Under the pieces are notes generated by a model. That model did not search any database and was not told the origin of the DNA. It saw nothing but the letters and a program-made list of their open reading frames with translations. From Ferruginibacter sp. (GTDB lineage Bacteria; Bacteroidota; Bacteroidia; Chitinophagales; Chitinophagaceae), in NCBI GenBank assembly GCA_043755395.1, contig JAYUTC010000297.1:1-55084 (forward strand): 55,084 bases of DNA, in the 5' to 3' direction. Each line of letters begins with the position of its first letter. Position 1 is the stretch's first letter. A program made the translations under genes and the position numbers. Of the stretch, positions 45,354 through 55,084 are shown piece after piece.

Positions 45354-46466
45354 ATGGAATTTGAAAAAATTAACACTGTAGTAGATAAAAAAAGGGTTTT
45401 AATTGCTCCGCTTGATTGGGGTCTTGGCCATGCTACCCGTTGTATTCCAATAATTTATACCCTCATTGCCTTAAATTTTGAAGTAATTATTGCCGCTGAT
45501 GGGAAAATTAAAAATTTATTAAAAAAAGAGTTCCCAAATGTGGTTTTTACGCAACTAAAGGGATATAGAATAACCTATAGCAGGTATAAAGTGTTACTGC
45601 CGCTTGTTTTGCTTTCACAATTTCCTAAACTAATTTGGGGAATTTATGCCGAACATCGCTGGCTTAAAAAAATAATTAACAACCTTAATATTGATGCAGT
45701 AGTATCAGACAATCGCCTGGGATTATTTTATTCAAAAAAGCCCTGCATTTATATTACCCATCAGTTGAAAATAAAAACTGGTTTTCATTTTACAGATTGG
45801 GTAGCTCAAAAAATTCATTACTTTTTTATTAATAAATATTTAGCCTGCTGGGTTCCAGATAATAAATCAACAAATAATCTTGCCGGAGAATTATCTCACC
45901 CTGAAAGTTTACCAAAAACTCCCGTAAAATATCTGGGCCCTTTATCCAGGTTTGAAAAATTTGGTGCTGAAAAAATATATGATCTCCTGGCAATTATCTC
46001 CGGCCCCGAACCCCAAAGAACAATATTTGAAAAATTGGTGTTGAAAGAATTAAAAGTTTTTTCAGGAAAAGTTTTAGTAGTAAGAGGTTTGCCCGAAGAA
46101 TTTGAAAAAGAAACTAATGTTTTAGAAAGTACTCAGCAAATAAAAATTGTAAACCATTTATCTGCAGATGCATTAAACAAGGTTGTACAACAGTCCAATT
46201 TAACCCTCTGCAGAAGCGGCTATACTTCAATTATGGATTTAATAAAACTGCAGCAAAAAGCAATACTTATTCCCACTCCCGGGCAAACAGAACAGGAATA
46301 TCTTGCCGGCTATTTAATGAAGAAAAAAATATTTTTCAGTACTGCTCAAAATAATTTTTCATTAAATAAATCTTTACAAAAAGCAGCCATTTTTCCCTAT
46401 ACTAATGTTTTAATAAATCAGGATGAATATAAAGAAGTTATAAGGGAATTTACCCAACAGCTTTAA
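45354..46466 (+). CDS. GT-B glycosyltransferase (GT28 C-terminal/MJ1255-like)
   Basis: PLDWGLGHATRC, SDNR, SGPEPQR, RSGYTSIMD and PTPGQTEQ. Confidence 0.87.
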   Translation: MEFEKINTVVDKKRVLIAPLDWGLGHATRCIPIIYTLIALNFEVIIAADGKIKNLLKKEFPNVVFTQLKGYRITYSRYKVLLPLVLLSQFPKLIWGIYAEHRWLKKIINNLNIDAVVSDNRLGLFYSKKPCIYITHQLKIKTGFHFTDWVAQKIHYFFINKYLACWVPDNKSTNNLAGELSHPESLPKTPVKYLGPLSRFEKFGAEKIYDLLAIISGPEPQRTIFEKLVLKELKVFSGKVLVVRGLPEEFEKETNVLESTQQIKIVNHLSADALNKVVQQSNLTLCRSGYTSIMDLIKLQQKAILIPTPGQTEQEYLAGYLMKKKIFFSTAQNNFSLNKSLQKAAIFPYTNVLINQDEYKEVIREFTQQL

Positions 46467-46468
46467 AA

Positions 46469-48412
46469 TTAATAACATAAATACTTATAACCTTTTAATA
46501 TTTTTTTTAAATCGGTAGCAGCTGAATAGGATGTTGCATACCATTGATCAGAAAGATAAAGGCTTTCTAAGGGCAGATCATTTACCGATTCTGGTAAGGC
46601 TGTTGAAGTAATAATTCCTTTTTTAATAGGGGGTAATTTATTTAAATATGTTGCATAACCAACCCATGTTTTTTGCAAAAATAAAACTGCTAAAATGTTT
46701 TTAAAAAAATTAAATGGTTTTTTTTGCAGCACCAGGTGAACAGGGAAACTTATAAGTAAAATAACAGCTACAATAACATCGAGTAAATTTTTATTTCTTT
46801 TATTAGCCGGGATTGAAATAAGGTAATTGTTTTTACCTGTAACAAATTTACCACTAACATCTTTGTTATCACTGCCAATTATGCTGCTGCTGCCCGATGC
46901 ATGAAATTTATTTCTAACTCCATAAGGTAATTGCTGAATTGCTGTAATCACTTCTTTAAAACTTAAACCATTTTCACAAAAAATTATTTCTTTTACAGAA
47001 TATATTTTAACAAGATTGTTCAATTGATTAATGCTTCCTAACGACTTATTGTTTGCGGTTAAATTATTATCAACCCTTCCCAAAACTCTTTCTGTCATAC
47101 CCGCCTGGTGCATTATTTTTGTAACAACACTAAAATCTTTTTCATCAGCCACAACTATTGTTTGCCGATCCTCCTCTTGTTCATCTGCCTTGCTTAACAA
47201 ATTCCATTGTATAAATAACCATCTCAATACACTCATAACTATAAAAGCCATCACTATACCAAATAACAATATTCCCCTGGAAAATCTGATACTTTCGGGC
47301 AATAATGCATAGCCACTTAATAAAACCAGTGAAGCAATTGCTGTTGAACGGTTAAGTTGCGTTAGTTTATAGCCCCTGTCATACAAACCCGAATAGTAAG
47401 AAGCAATTAAAAATATAATAGTAAAAACCGGGAAGGCAATAATGAGCATATTGGGAGAATAGTTTACTTCCCTCCTTATAAAATTGCTCCACAAGTATTT
47501 AATAAACCAAAAGCTCATAAAAATGATTCCTGCATCCAATAATGGCAACCCAATTTTTTGTAAAAATTTTCCAGCTACAGTAAGTACAGCCCTTAAAAAA
47601 ATACCTGTTTGAATTAAAAAATTAAAAATACCTGCACGGCCGCCGCTATAATGTTTTTTTACAAACAAGCTCATAGCTCTGTAAAACATCCGTACATAAT
47701 TCAGGCTTCCCTTTTTTGTACTTTCCCCTTTAAAATGCAAAATGGTACTTTCGGCAAAATAATAATTTTTATACCCTGCTTTTTGTATACGGTAACTTAA
47801 GTCAACATCCTCGCCATACATAAAAAATGTATCATCAAAGCTTCCTGTTATGTTTAAAATTTTTTTGGGTATCATCATATAAGCTCCTGCCAGCACATCC
47901 ACCTCGTGGTTTTCATGTTCAGTTAAATGACCTAAATAATATTTTGCAAATGTTTTAGACCGGGGAAAAAATTTGGTAATCCCCGATAATTTATACAAGG
48001 AGGTTAATGGCGAAGGAAAAGATCTTTTGCTTTCTTTTAAAAATTTTCCTGCTCCATCAATCATTCGGATACCTAACACCCCGGCTTCGGGATGTTTAGT
48101 AAAAAATTCGATACACTTTTCAAAACAATCTTCAGGTACAATGGTATCGGGATTTAAAAAAAGAATAAACGCTCCTTTTGCCTGTAGCAAAGCCTGGTTA
48201 TTAGCTTTGGCAAATCCCAGGTTTTCGTTATTCCATATATAATTAACCGAAGTAAATTTTGGAAACAAAAATTCCTTGCTGCCATCAGATGAATTATTGT
48301 CTGCTACAATAATTTCTGCATCAATATTTTTACATGCTTTTATTACAGAGCAAAGGCATTGTTCCAGAAAATATTTTACATTATAGTTTACTATGATAAC
48401 AGATAATTGCAA
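46469..48412 (-). CDS. GT2 glycosyltransferase fused to a membrane/sugar-transferase-like C-terminal region, TTG start
   Basis: LSVIIVNYN, DNNSSDGS, NLGFAKANN, LNPDT, FMYGEDVD and HFKGESTKK, then TM helices and a Rossmann-like region. Confidence 0.87.
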   Translation of the reverse strand: MQLSVIIVNYNVKYFLEQCLCSVIKACKNIDAEIIVADNNSSDGSKEFLFPKFTSVNYIWNNENLGFAKANNQALLQAKGAFILFLNPDTIVPEDCFEKCIEFFTKHPEAGVLGIRMIDGAGKFLKESKRSFPSPLTSLYKLSGITKFFPRSKTFAKYYLGHLTEHENHEVDVLAGAYMMIPKKILNITGSFDDTFFMYGEDVDLSYRIQKAGYKNYYFAESTILHFKGESTKKGSLNYVRMFYRAMSLFVKKHYSGGRAGIFNFLIQTGIFLRAVLTVAGKFLQKIGLPLLDAGIIFMSFWFIKYLWSNFIRREVNYSPNMLIIAFPVFTIIFLIASYYSGLYDRGYKLTQLNRSTAIASLVLLSGYALLPESIRFSRGILLFGIVMAFIVMSVLRWLFIQWNLLSKADEQEEDRQTIVVADEKDFSVVTKIMHQAGMTERVLGRVDNNLTANNKSLGSINQLNNLVKIYSVKEIIFCENGLSFKEVITAIQQLPYGVRNKFHASGSSSIIGSDNKDVSGKFVTGKNNYLISIPANKRNKNLLDVIVAVILLISFPVHLVLQKKPFNFFKNILAVLFLQKTWVGYATYLNKLPPIKKGIITSTALPESVNDLPLESLYLSDQWYATSYSAATDLKKILKGYKYLCY

Positions 48413-48522
48413 TAGTGATGAGTTTATAATATCGAATGTACAAATGGTTTAAGTGCGAATGTAATCAATAACTTAAAAACATTTAAAATTCAATATTTCT
48501 CTGTTTAATGCCTAACATTTTT

Positions 48523-49929
48523 TTATCCATTTTTTACACTCTGTTCATGCCGTATTAAATTATTGGGATCATACTTACTTTTTACTTTTTGCAGTCTTGC
48601 ATAATTACTGCCGTAATAAAGACTATCCCAGTTCTTAAAATTAATATCAGGATAATTTCTGTACTGAGTGAGAATACCATTGCCCGTAAAAATATTTTGA
48701 ACTTCCTGAAATCTTTTCTCAAATCTTTTACTTTGTTTTTCGCTTTCCCAATAAGTTTGTAATTCCGAAAAATAAGTATACGCCCTATGTGGAAAAGCTG
48801 CTGCATTTTCCGCTTCTGTATTAATAATATTACCTCCCAATGTATTTACCTGGTAAATCATGCCCGGTGTTGCAAGTACAATATCAATTGCCTTGTCAAT
48901 ACAATTTTCTATATCGGTAAAATTTTTATATAAGCCGGCGGAAGCGTTTTTAAAAAACAACGGTTCTTTTCTTCCATAAAAAACTTTTAATGCTGTGGCA
49001 AGGGCTTGTGGTTTTGTTTTGGTTGTTTTATCCGACACTGCAGTTAGTTCATTAATTGCATTTTGAACATCTGCTGTATGTTTACCTGTATTGGTTAATA
49101 AAATATACATCCTTGTTCCGTTCAATACATAGGCAGAAAAACAATCTGGTGATAATGTTTCCGTTACTTTAAACCATTTTTGTAAAATGGCTTTTGCCTT
49201 TGCAGCGCTTACTTTATAGGATTTAAACCTAAAACTTTGTAAGTTTTCCGGTGCTTTATGTGTTTTAAACTTTAAAGATGTTACTACACCAAAATTACCG
49301 TTGCCACCACCTTTACAAGCCCACAATAATTCTTTATCATCTTTAGAGTTTCTTATTTGCCCATTACCATCCACCATGGTTAGTTCCAGTAAACTGTCAC
49401 AAGCCAGTCCAAATTTTCTTGCCAATATACCATAGCCACCCCCTAAAACCAGGCCGCCAATACCCACGCTGGCACAAGAACCTCCGGGTATAATTTTCCC
49501 TTTTGGCAATATGGTATCATATAAATTTGATAAGGTACAACCCGGGCCAACAGTTATTATTTCTTTATCAACCCAATCTGCTTTATTTAATAAGGAAAGA
49601 TTAATAACCATACCTCCATTATTACAACTAAATCCTTCCATACAATGTCCGCCGCTTTTTATTGCCACAGGTAAATTATTTTGTTTTGCATATTTTATGG
49701 CTTCTGCAACTCCCTCAGTATTTTTACATAATGCAATTATTAAAGGAAATTTGTCAATGCGTTTGTTAAAACCTTTTCTTAAAATTTCGTACTCAGCATC
49801 CCCCTGTTTATAATACATTACATTTTCGAAAGCTTTTAATTTGGTGTTATTGGAGAAAATTTTTTCTGGTTCTAAAACCAAACTTAAATTGGTTAACAGC
49901 GCCAACTTTAAAAATTGTTTTCTTTGCAT
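48523..49929 (-). CDS. Berberine-bridge-enzyme-like FAD-dependent oxidase with a Tat-like signal
   Basis: MQRKQFLK start, KSGGHC, GSCASVGIGGLVLGGG, GGGNGNFGVVT, Y.NYPD and YYGSNYARL..VK.KYDP.N. Confidence 0.88.
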   Translation of the reverse strand: MQRKQFLKLALLTNLSLVLEPEKIFSNNTKLKAFENVMYYKQGDAEYEILRKGFNKRIDKFPLIIALCKNTEGVAEAIKYAKQNNLPVAIKSGGHCMEGFSCNNGGMVINLSLLNKADWVDKEIITVGPGCTLSNLYDTILPKGKIIPGGSCASVGIGGLVLGGGYGILARKFGLACDSLLELTMVDGNGQIRNSKDDKELLWACKGGGNGNFGVVTSLKFKTHKAPENLQSFRFKSYKVSAAKAKAILQKWFKVTETLSPDCFSAYVLNGTRMYILLTNTGKHTADVQNAINELTAVSDKTTKTKPQALATALKVFYGRKEPLFFKNASAGLYKNFTDIENCIDKAIDIVLATPGMIYQVNTLGGNIINTEAENAAAFPHRAYTYFSELQTYWESEKQSKRFEKRFQEVQNIFTGNGILTQYRNYPDINFKNWDSLYYGSNYARLQKVKSKYDPNNLIRHEQSVKNG

Positions 49930-49932
49930 AGC

Positions 49933-49963
49933 CAAATCTAAAATCATAAATCCAAATTCCAAA
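49933..49963 (-). promoter_or_regulatory. -33/-7 promoter of the FAD oxidase
   Basis: TTTG (49963-49960), N19, TAGATTTG (49940-49933), 3 nt before the ATG. Confidence 0.5.
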
Positions 49964-49967
49964 ATCG
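49933..49967. repeat. Five degenerate heptamer tandem repeats, NAA(A/T)TCN
   Basis: CAAATCT AAAATCA TAAATCC AAATTCC AAAATCG. Confidence 0.65.
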
Positions 49968-49972
49968 AAGTT

Positions 49973-49980
49973 TATCTTTG
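49973..49980 (+). promoter_or_regulatory. -7 promoter element of suhB, 4 nt from the ATG
   Basis: TATCTTTG-CTGC-ATG. Confidence 0.6.
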
Positions 49981-49984
49981 CTGC

Positions 49985-50767
49985 ATGATAAAAACAGTGC
50001 TCCTAAAAGCGGTAGAAGCGGGTGGTAAAGAATTACAGCGTTTTTTTAATGGTGAGTTTAAAATTACTAATAAAGAAGGTATTAACAATCCGGTTACAGA
50101 GGCTGACCACGCATCTGAAAAAGCTATTATTGATATTATACAGCAAAATTATCCCGATCATTATATTTTAAGTGAAGAAAGTGGTGAAATAATTACAAAC
50201 AGTGAATATAAATGGATAATTGACCCCATTGATGGCACTATAAATTTTGCGAATGGTATTCCGCTTTGTTGTGTTAGCATTGGTGTGGAAAAAGCAGGCG
50301 AAATGATTATGGGAGCTGTTTATAACCCACTGATGAATGAATTATTTTTTGCACAAAAAGGATTTGGAGCATCACTAAATAACAAAAAAATTCAAGTAGG
50401 TAATAAAACAGAGGTTGTTAAAAGTTGCCTGGTAACCGGTTTTCCTTATACTTATTTAGACGAACCCAACGGGCCATTGCAAATTTTTGAAAAACTAATT
50501 CGAAAAGGAGTTCCGGTACGTCGTCTTGGTAGCGCAGCTATTGACTTATGCTGGGTTGCTGCAGGGCGCTTTGATGGTTTTTACGAACATCACTTGTCTG
50601 CATGGGACAGCGCTGCCGGATTTTTAATTATAGAAGAAGCCGGAGGAAAAGTTACAGATTTTAATGGCAAGCCTTATTCGCCTTATCAACCACAGATTTT
50701 AGCCACTAACGGGTTGATACATGAGGAAATGCTGGATATTATTAATAACAGAAAACAATTAAGCTAA
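49985..50767 (+). CDS. suhB: Inositol monophosphatase family protein (SuhB)
   Basis: VTEAD, LSEE, WIIDPIDGTINF, RRLGSAAIDL and WDSAAG. The ATG at 49985 is preferred over the ORF-track start, which overlaps the oxidase. Confidence 0.9.
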   Translation: MIKTVLLKAVEAGGKELQRFFNGEFKITNKEGINNPVTEADHASEKAIIDIIQQNYPDHYILSEESGEIITNSEYKWIIDPIDGTINFANGIPLCCVSIGVEKAGEMIMGAVYNPLMNELFFAQKGFGASLNNKKIQVGNKTEVVKSCLVTGFPYTYLDEPNGPLQIFEKLIRKGVPVRRLGSAAIDLCWVAAGRFDGFYEHHLSAWDSAAGFLIIEEAGGKVTDFNGKPYSPYQPQILATNGLIHEEMLDIINNRKQLS

Positions 50768-50784
50768 GGTTTTAAATATTTTTC

Positions 50785-51813
50785 ATGGAAGAAAGAACAG
50801 AAATATCCTCTTTGGGAGAGTTTGGTTTAATAGATCACCTTACCCAAAATAATGAAATAAAAAATGCATCTACTATTTTAAGTGTTGGAGATGATGGCGC
50901 AGTAATTGATCATTTTGGAAGGCAAACTGTTATAAGTACAGATCTATTATTAGAAGGCATTCACTTTGATTTGAGCTACACCCCTTTAAAACATTTAGGC
51001 TACAAAAGCGTGGTGGTAAACCTGAGTGATATTTATGCCATGAATGCTACCCCTACACAAATTGTTATCAGCATAGGCATCAGCAACAAGTTTAGTGTGG
51101 AAGCTTTGGATGAATTTTACGAAGGCGTTTATGCCGCCTGCAAAGAATATGATGTGGATTTGGTAGGTGGCGATACTACTACCAGCCAGCGGGGTTTTGT
51201 TATAAGCATTACCGCTATTGGTGAAGTGGCACCTGATAGTTATGTTACAAGAAGTGGTGCAAAAGTAAACGACCTGATTTGTGTGAGCGGCGATTTAGGA
51301 GGTGCCTTTTTAGGCTTGACTATTTTGGAAAGAGAAAGAAAAATTTTTGAAACCACCGGCGCACAGCCCGACCTGGAAGACCAGGCATACATTGTTGGCC
51401 GCTTATTAAAACCAGAAGCAAGAAAAGATGTAATAGAATATTTTGCAGCACAAAACATTATGCCCACCAGCATGATGGATATTAGTGATGGCCTTAGCAG
51501 CGAAATGTTGCACATTTGCAAACAAAGCAATGTAGGTTGTGTGTTGTACGAAGATAAACTGCCATTGAATGAAGACAGTAAAGCCTTTGCCTATAAATTA
51601 GAACTGGACCCTACAGCATGTGCATTAAGCGGTGGTGAAGATTATGAATTATTATTTACTGTAGCACAAGCCGATTATGAAAAGATAAATGCCAATAATG
51701 GCTTAAGTATTATTGGGTATATTACAGAAAAATCCGAAGGGCAACATTTAATTACCCGTGGTGGAAACAAACACGAATTGGTTGCACAGGGGTGGGAGCA
51801 TTTGAAGAAGTAA
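50785..51813 (+). CDS. thiL: Thiamine-monophosphate kinase
   Basis: GEFGLI, VGDDG, TDLLLEGIHF, NLSDIYAM, GGDT, DISDGL and GGEDYELLFT. Confidence 0.96.
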   Translation: MEERTEISSLGEFGLIDHLTQNNEIKNASTILSVGDDGAVIDHFGRQTVISTDLLLEGIHFDLSYTPLKHLGYKSVVVNLSDIYAMNATPTQIVISIGISNKFSVEALDEFYEGVYAACKEYDVDLVGGDTTTSQRGFVISITAIGEVAPDSYVTRSGAKVNDLICVSGDLGGAFLGLTILERERKIFETTGAQPDLEDQAYIVGRLLKPEARKDVIEYFAAQNIMPTSMMDISDGLSSEMLHICKQSNVGCVLYEDKLPLNEDSKAFAYKLELDPTACALSGGEDYELLFTVAQADYEKINANNGLSIIGYITEKSEGQHLITRGGNKHELVAQGWEHLKK

Positions 51814-51815
51814 GT

Positions 51816-52550
51816 TTAAAGCAAAGAAAACTTATAATACCAATTCCCTATTTTATTAGAAACATCAAAAATTTGTTTAAGGCTTTCTTTTAGTGCCGAA
51901 TTAGAAATAGTTTCCCCCCATAGTGGCGCTTCAATAACATGATTTTTTTCCAATAATGATAATCCGGTTGCAAACCAGGTAATATGCTCATATGGGATAG
52001 CAAGCCCCAGTATCATCCCAGGCAAGCCATTAAAAGATTCCGGGCCGCCTTCTGTTAAAATCTCTTCGGAAAAATAAGCAACTATATAAATAGAATCCAT
52101 AATAATTGCATTAGCCCTCTTACACTCAAAGCCTGCAATTTGCCTTTTTTCGTCTGTTATTTTCCATTGTATTTTTCTTATACTATCCGAAATAAGAAAA
52201 ATATTATCAAAAACCTGTTTTTCGGATACCGCTATTTTTTTATCTAATTCTGTGTATATAATATTGTCTTCTGCTGGCATTTTTTGAAACTTATAATTTT
52301 CCGGGTTTTCTTTTCCTGGCTTGTAAATAGTGTTAGATTTATCAAAAGTTAGTGTAAAAAAACTTTTCTTAAACTGTTGCCCACTTTTTTTTAAAATATC
52401 CAAAATAGGGTCATTGGTTTCATATAAAGCAGATAATTTTATTTTTCGCTCAAATTCAATTTTGCCTGAACTAATAAAAATTCTATGCTGTGCTTTTAAG
52501 TTAACAATATTCATTATAAAAAAAGGCATCAAATAAAAAAAGTACCGCAT
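51816..52550 (-). CDS. GLPGLI family protein
   Basis: WKITDEKRQIAGFECKRA and GPESFNGLPGMIL. Confidence 0.9.
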   Translation of the reverse strand: MRYFFYLMPFFIMNIVNLKAQHRIFISSGKIEFERKIKLSALYETNDPILDILKKSGQQFKKSFFTLTFDKSNTIYKPGKENPENYKFQKMPAEDNIIYTELDKKIAVSEKQVFDNIFLISDSIRKIQWKITDEKRQIAGFECKRANAIIMDSIYIVAYFSEEILTEGGPESFNGLPGMILGLAIPYEHITWFATGLSLLEKNHVIEAPLWGETISNSALKESLKQIFDVSNKIGNWYYKFSLL

Positions 52551-52570
52551 AGTATAAATTTTAATTGTAA

Positions 52571-55084
52571 TTAATTAGCAGCTTTCCCTTTATTAAAATT
52601 CCAAATAATAGAAATCATTGCGTATCTCTTTACCAAGTTATAGCCATTCTGCCTTATGTAATTAGTATTTGCATCAAAAGAAAAACCAATGTTATCGTTT
52701 AAAATGTCATTTATTGAAGCCCTAATTTGTAAATCATTATTTTTAAAAATATTTTTTTCAATCCAAGCATTCCACACGGCATTGTTCGCAGCTGTAATAA
52801 ATGTTACATTAGTTTTTCTAAAAATAAAATTACAGTCAGAGTGTAATTGTAATTTCCATGGAAAATACAAATTAATACTTGGTGTAATGTTGTAATCTAA
52901 ATAATTAACTTTACCATTCTTTCTTAGTATTGATTTGCTGGAAGTATGATTTAAGCCAAACTCAACAGATGCATCATATTTTTTATCTACAGCCTTAGTA
53001 AAACTCAGCAAAAATTCTTTTGAACTATTGTTAATTATATTTTGCTGCTTGTTCACAATATTGATATATCTGCTTTGCTTTAAATTTATTTTTGCAGATA
53101 AATAGATATCCGGTTTACTGATTTTGTATTCGTAATCGATATTTTCTGTAAAATTCCTGTTCCCATTTACATTTATGTATTGATATAATTTTCTCCCAAA
53201 ACTATCAATAATTGTACTTGAACTAATATCATTATTTATAAAATTATAAATAAATCTAAACGTAAAGTCACGTTCAGTTTTAGTTTTGGCAGACCAATAT
53301 ATCAATCTTGATGTATTAGAAAATGCAGGTTTTAATTGAGCGTTGCCTAAAATAATATCTAGTGGATTGTTATTGTTTTTTATGCTTTGAATTTGTTGTA
53401 TTGATGGGTTGTTTGTGATACCATCATATCTTAAAGTTAATCTTTTTCGGGCAGCAAGTTTATAGCTAAAATGTATACGGGGAAGCAAATTAATAAACGA
53501 ACTATTTAGCATTTGAAAATTATAATTATCTATTTGCTTAAAATATGTTTTTCCTATCGCTAAGTTAGAGATGAAAAAATATTTACTTTTAATTATTGTA
53601 TATCCCAACTCCCCCTTAAACAAGTTGGTTTTGAATTTAAAATTGCTACTGTACAGGCTGTCTAATGTTTCATAAATCCCTCCAGAGGTTTTATTATACG
53701 AATTTGCGTTGGAAGTACTGCTAACAGAAGTTAATCCTAAATTAAAAACAAGAAAAGCATTATCGGTAATCGGTTCTGTATAGGTTAGTTTTGTATCTAT
53801 ATTAAATTTATGATAATTATTTGTTTTGTACTGATCTGTAATTTGAGTTTGATTAACCGTTCCATTTTTATAAAACAAATCTTCAGAAAATAAATACCCT
53901 TTTGAATTATCTTCTTTATAATTCTCCGTAATAGTTGCTGCTATCCTTCGCCTTGGCTTGTTTAATATTTTTGCCCAGGCTAAACTGCTGTTAAATATAT
54001 TAATACCTCCTTTTACAGAATACCTCCTGTTTTCAGCATTTATTTTGGAATTATCGGTAGCAGTTGATAATATATTGAAGTTATAATCACTTTCCTTTTC
54101 GGCGGCTTCTCCATATACACTAAGTTTTACGTTACTGGATGAATCAATTTGCAGCTCGTAGTTTCCAGTAATTTTATTACGCAAAACTTTATTATCAGAT
54201 ATTAGTTTTTCTTTACTGTAATACGAGGTGTCTGGCAAATTAATTTGTGTTACGGAGGTATCAAGTATATTTAATTTTAGGTTTTGTAGTTTGTAATTTC
54301 CATTTATTTTTTGCTTATCATCGCCCCATTTGTTATTGTAATGCAAGCCTAATGATTTTAAATCAGGCATTCCTTTTTCTTCGTAGTAACCACTCCAGCT
54401 ATCCAGCAGACCTAAATTATCATTAGCATTAATTAATAATGGATCTTCGAAAGTTTCTTCTTCTTCAGCATTTAGTCCAGATTGGCCCGTGTTTGATACA
54501 ACGCCATACGCGGCAAACTTTCTTTTACCTTTAAAAGCATTGTAAATAATTTTATTGTGGTAACAGCCATCTGTACTTTGGCCATAATTGGCTCTTCCAA
54601 AATATCCGTTTTTTTTATCCTCTTTTAATTTAAGGTTAATTGTTTTACTGGTATTTCCAAAATCATTTTTTTTATCATAAACCTGTACCTTAGCAATCAT
54701 ATTAGCTGTAAGGTTTTGTGTTACTAAAGTAGGGTCGTCACTAAATAATTCCTCCCCATCTACTAATATTTGTGTTACCCTTTCCCCGTGTGCAGTTATT
54801 CGTCCATTTTTATCAACCCTTATACCGGGCAATTTTTTTAACAAATCTTCCACAGTAGCATTTGGGGGTACATAAAAGCTATCCACATTGTATTCCGTGG
54901 TATCCCCTTTTATTCTAATAGCAGGCGATGAGCTTTTTACAATTATAGCTTCTAATAGTTTAGCTTTATTTAGCAGATAAATAAAACCTAAATTAATTGA
55001 ACCATTAGTATCAACTATAACTTCGTTTGTATATTCTGCATAATCAGCGTGGCTAATCAATATTAGTACTTTATTGGGCAATAC
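52571..55084 (-). CDS. TonB-dependent-like outer-membrane beta-barrel protein, 5'-truncated by the window edge
   Basis: Frame stays open past base 55084. KGDTTEYN, VEDLLKKLPG, ILVDG, INLKLK.DKKNGYFG, GNAQLKPAF and RY.M....WNF. Confidence 0.85.
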   Translation of the reverse strand, partial: VLPNKVLILISHADYAEYTNEVIVDTNGSINLGFIYLLNKAKLLEAIIVKSSSPAIRIKGDTTEYNVDSFYVPPNATVEDLLKKLPGIRVDKNGRITAHGERVTQILVDGEELFSDDPTLVTQNLTANMIAKVQVYDKKNDFGNTSKTINLKLKEDKKNGYFGRANYGQSTDGCYHNKIIYNAFKGKRKFAAYGVVSNTGQSGLNAEEEETFEDPLLINANDNLGLLDSWSGYYEEKGMPDLKSLGLHYNNKWGDDKQKINGNYKLQNLKLNILDTSVTQINLPDTSYYSKEKLISDNKVLRNKITGNYELQIDSSSNVKLSVYGEAAEKESDYNFNILSTATDNSKINAENRRYSVKGGINIFNSSLAWAKILNKPRRRIAATITENYKEDNSKGYLFSEDLFYKNGTVNQTQITDQYKTNNYHKFNIDTKLTYTEPITDNAFLVFNLGLTSVSSTSNANSYNKTSGGIYETLDSLYSSNFKFKTNLFKGELGYTIIKSKYFFISNLAIGKTYFKQIDNYNFQMLNSSFINLLPRIHFSYKLAARKRLTLRYDGITNNPSIQQIQSIKNNNNPLDIILGNAQLKPAFSNTSRLIYWSAKTKTERDFTFRFIYNFINNDISSSTIIDSFGRKLYQYINVNGNRNFTENIDYEYKISKPDIYLSAKINLKQSRYINIVNKQQNIINNSSKEFLLSFTKAVDKKYDASVEFGLNHTSSKSILRKNGKVNYLDYNITPSINLYFPWKLQLHSDCNFIFRKTNVTFITAANNAVWNAWIEKNIFKNNDLQIRASINDILNDNIGFSFDANTNYIRQNGYNLVKRYAMISIIWNFNKGKAAN

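Noticed and set aside
1-55084. tRNA, rRNA, IS elements, prophage or defence systems
   Set aside because: Intergenic gaps are short and show no cloverleaf or rRNA-like sequence, and no transposase, integrase, phage or defence-type proteins were recognised.

Overview
AT-rich (roughly 35% GC by eye) chromosomal window from a Bacteroidota genome, most likely Chitinophagaceae. The assignment rests on TAnnTTTG promoters, a T9SS C-terminal domain, GLPGLI, DUF2490-like and GH3-like genes, and a futalosine-pathway mqnC. Most of the window is housekeeping and envelope genes: mqnC, msrC, alkA, cysS, rlmD, a surA-like PPIase, metF, lptB, fabG, paaZ, adk, msrB, an aminotransferase, glycosyltransferases, suhB and thiL. 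I found no rRNA, tRNA, CRISPR array, transposase or phage genes. The most interesting block is 20.1-31.1 kb. It runs: a small ORF ending in PPP, a type I secretion-like trio whose ABC ATPase is degenerate and has no visible substrate, a TetR regulator, a SulP transporter whose promoter is overlapped by a perfect palindrome, two different beta-carbonic anhydrases, two outer-membrane barrels and TerC. This is a candidate regulated CO2/bicarbonate/pH-handling system in a heterotroph. Other notable items: an unannotated 41-aa lipoprotein with a CGCP motif; three direct repeats at an exact 21-bp period upstream of a fasciclin-LytS-LytTR module; a rhomboid lacking catalytic residues next to an active one; decayed palindromic elements absorbed into coding sequence; a 14-blade FG-GAP T9SS protein with mosaic internal duplications; and several likely leaderless genes. 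Family assignments come from motif recognition, not database searches.
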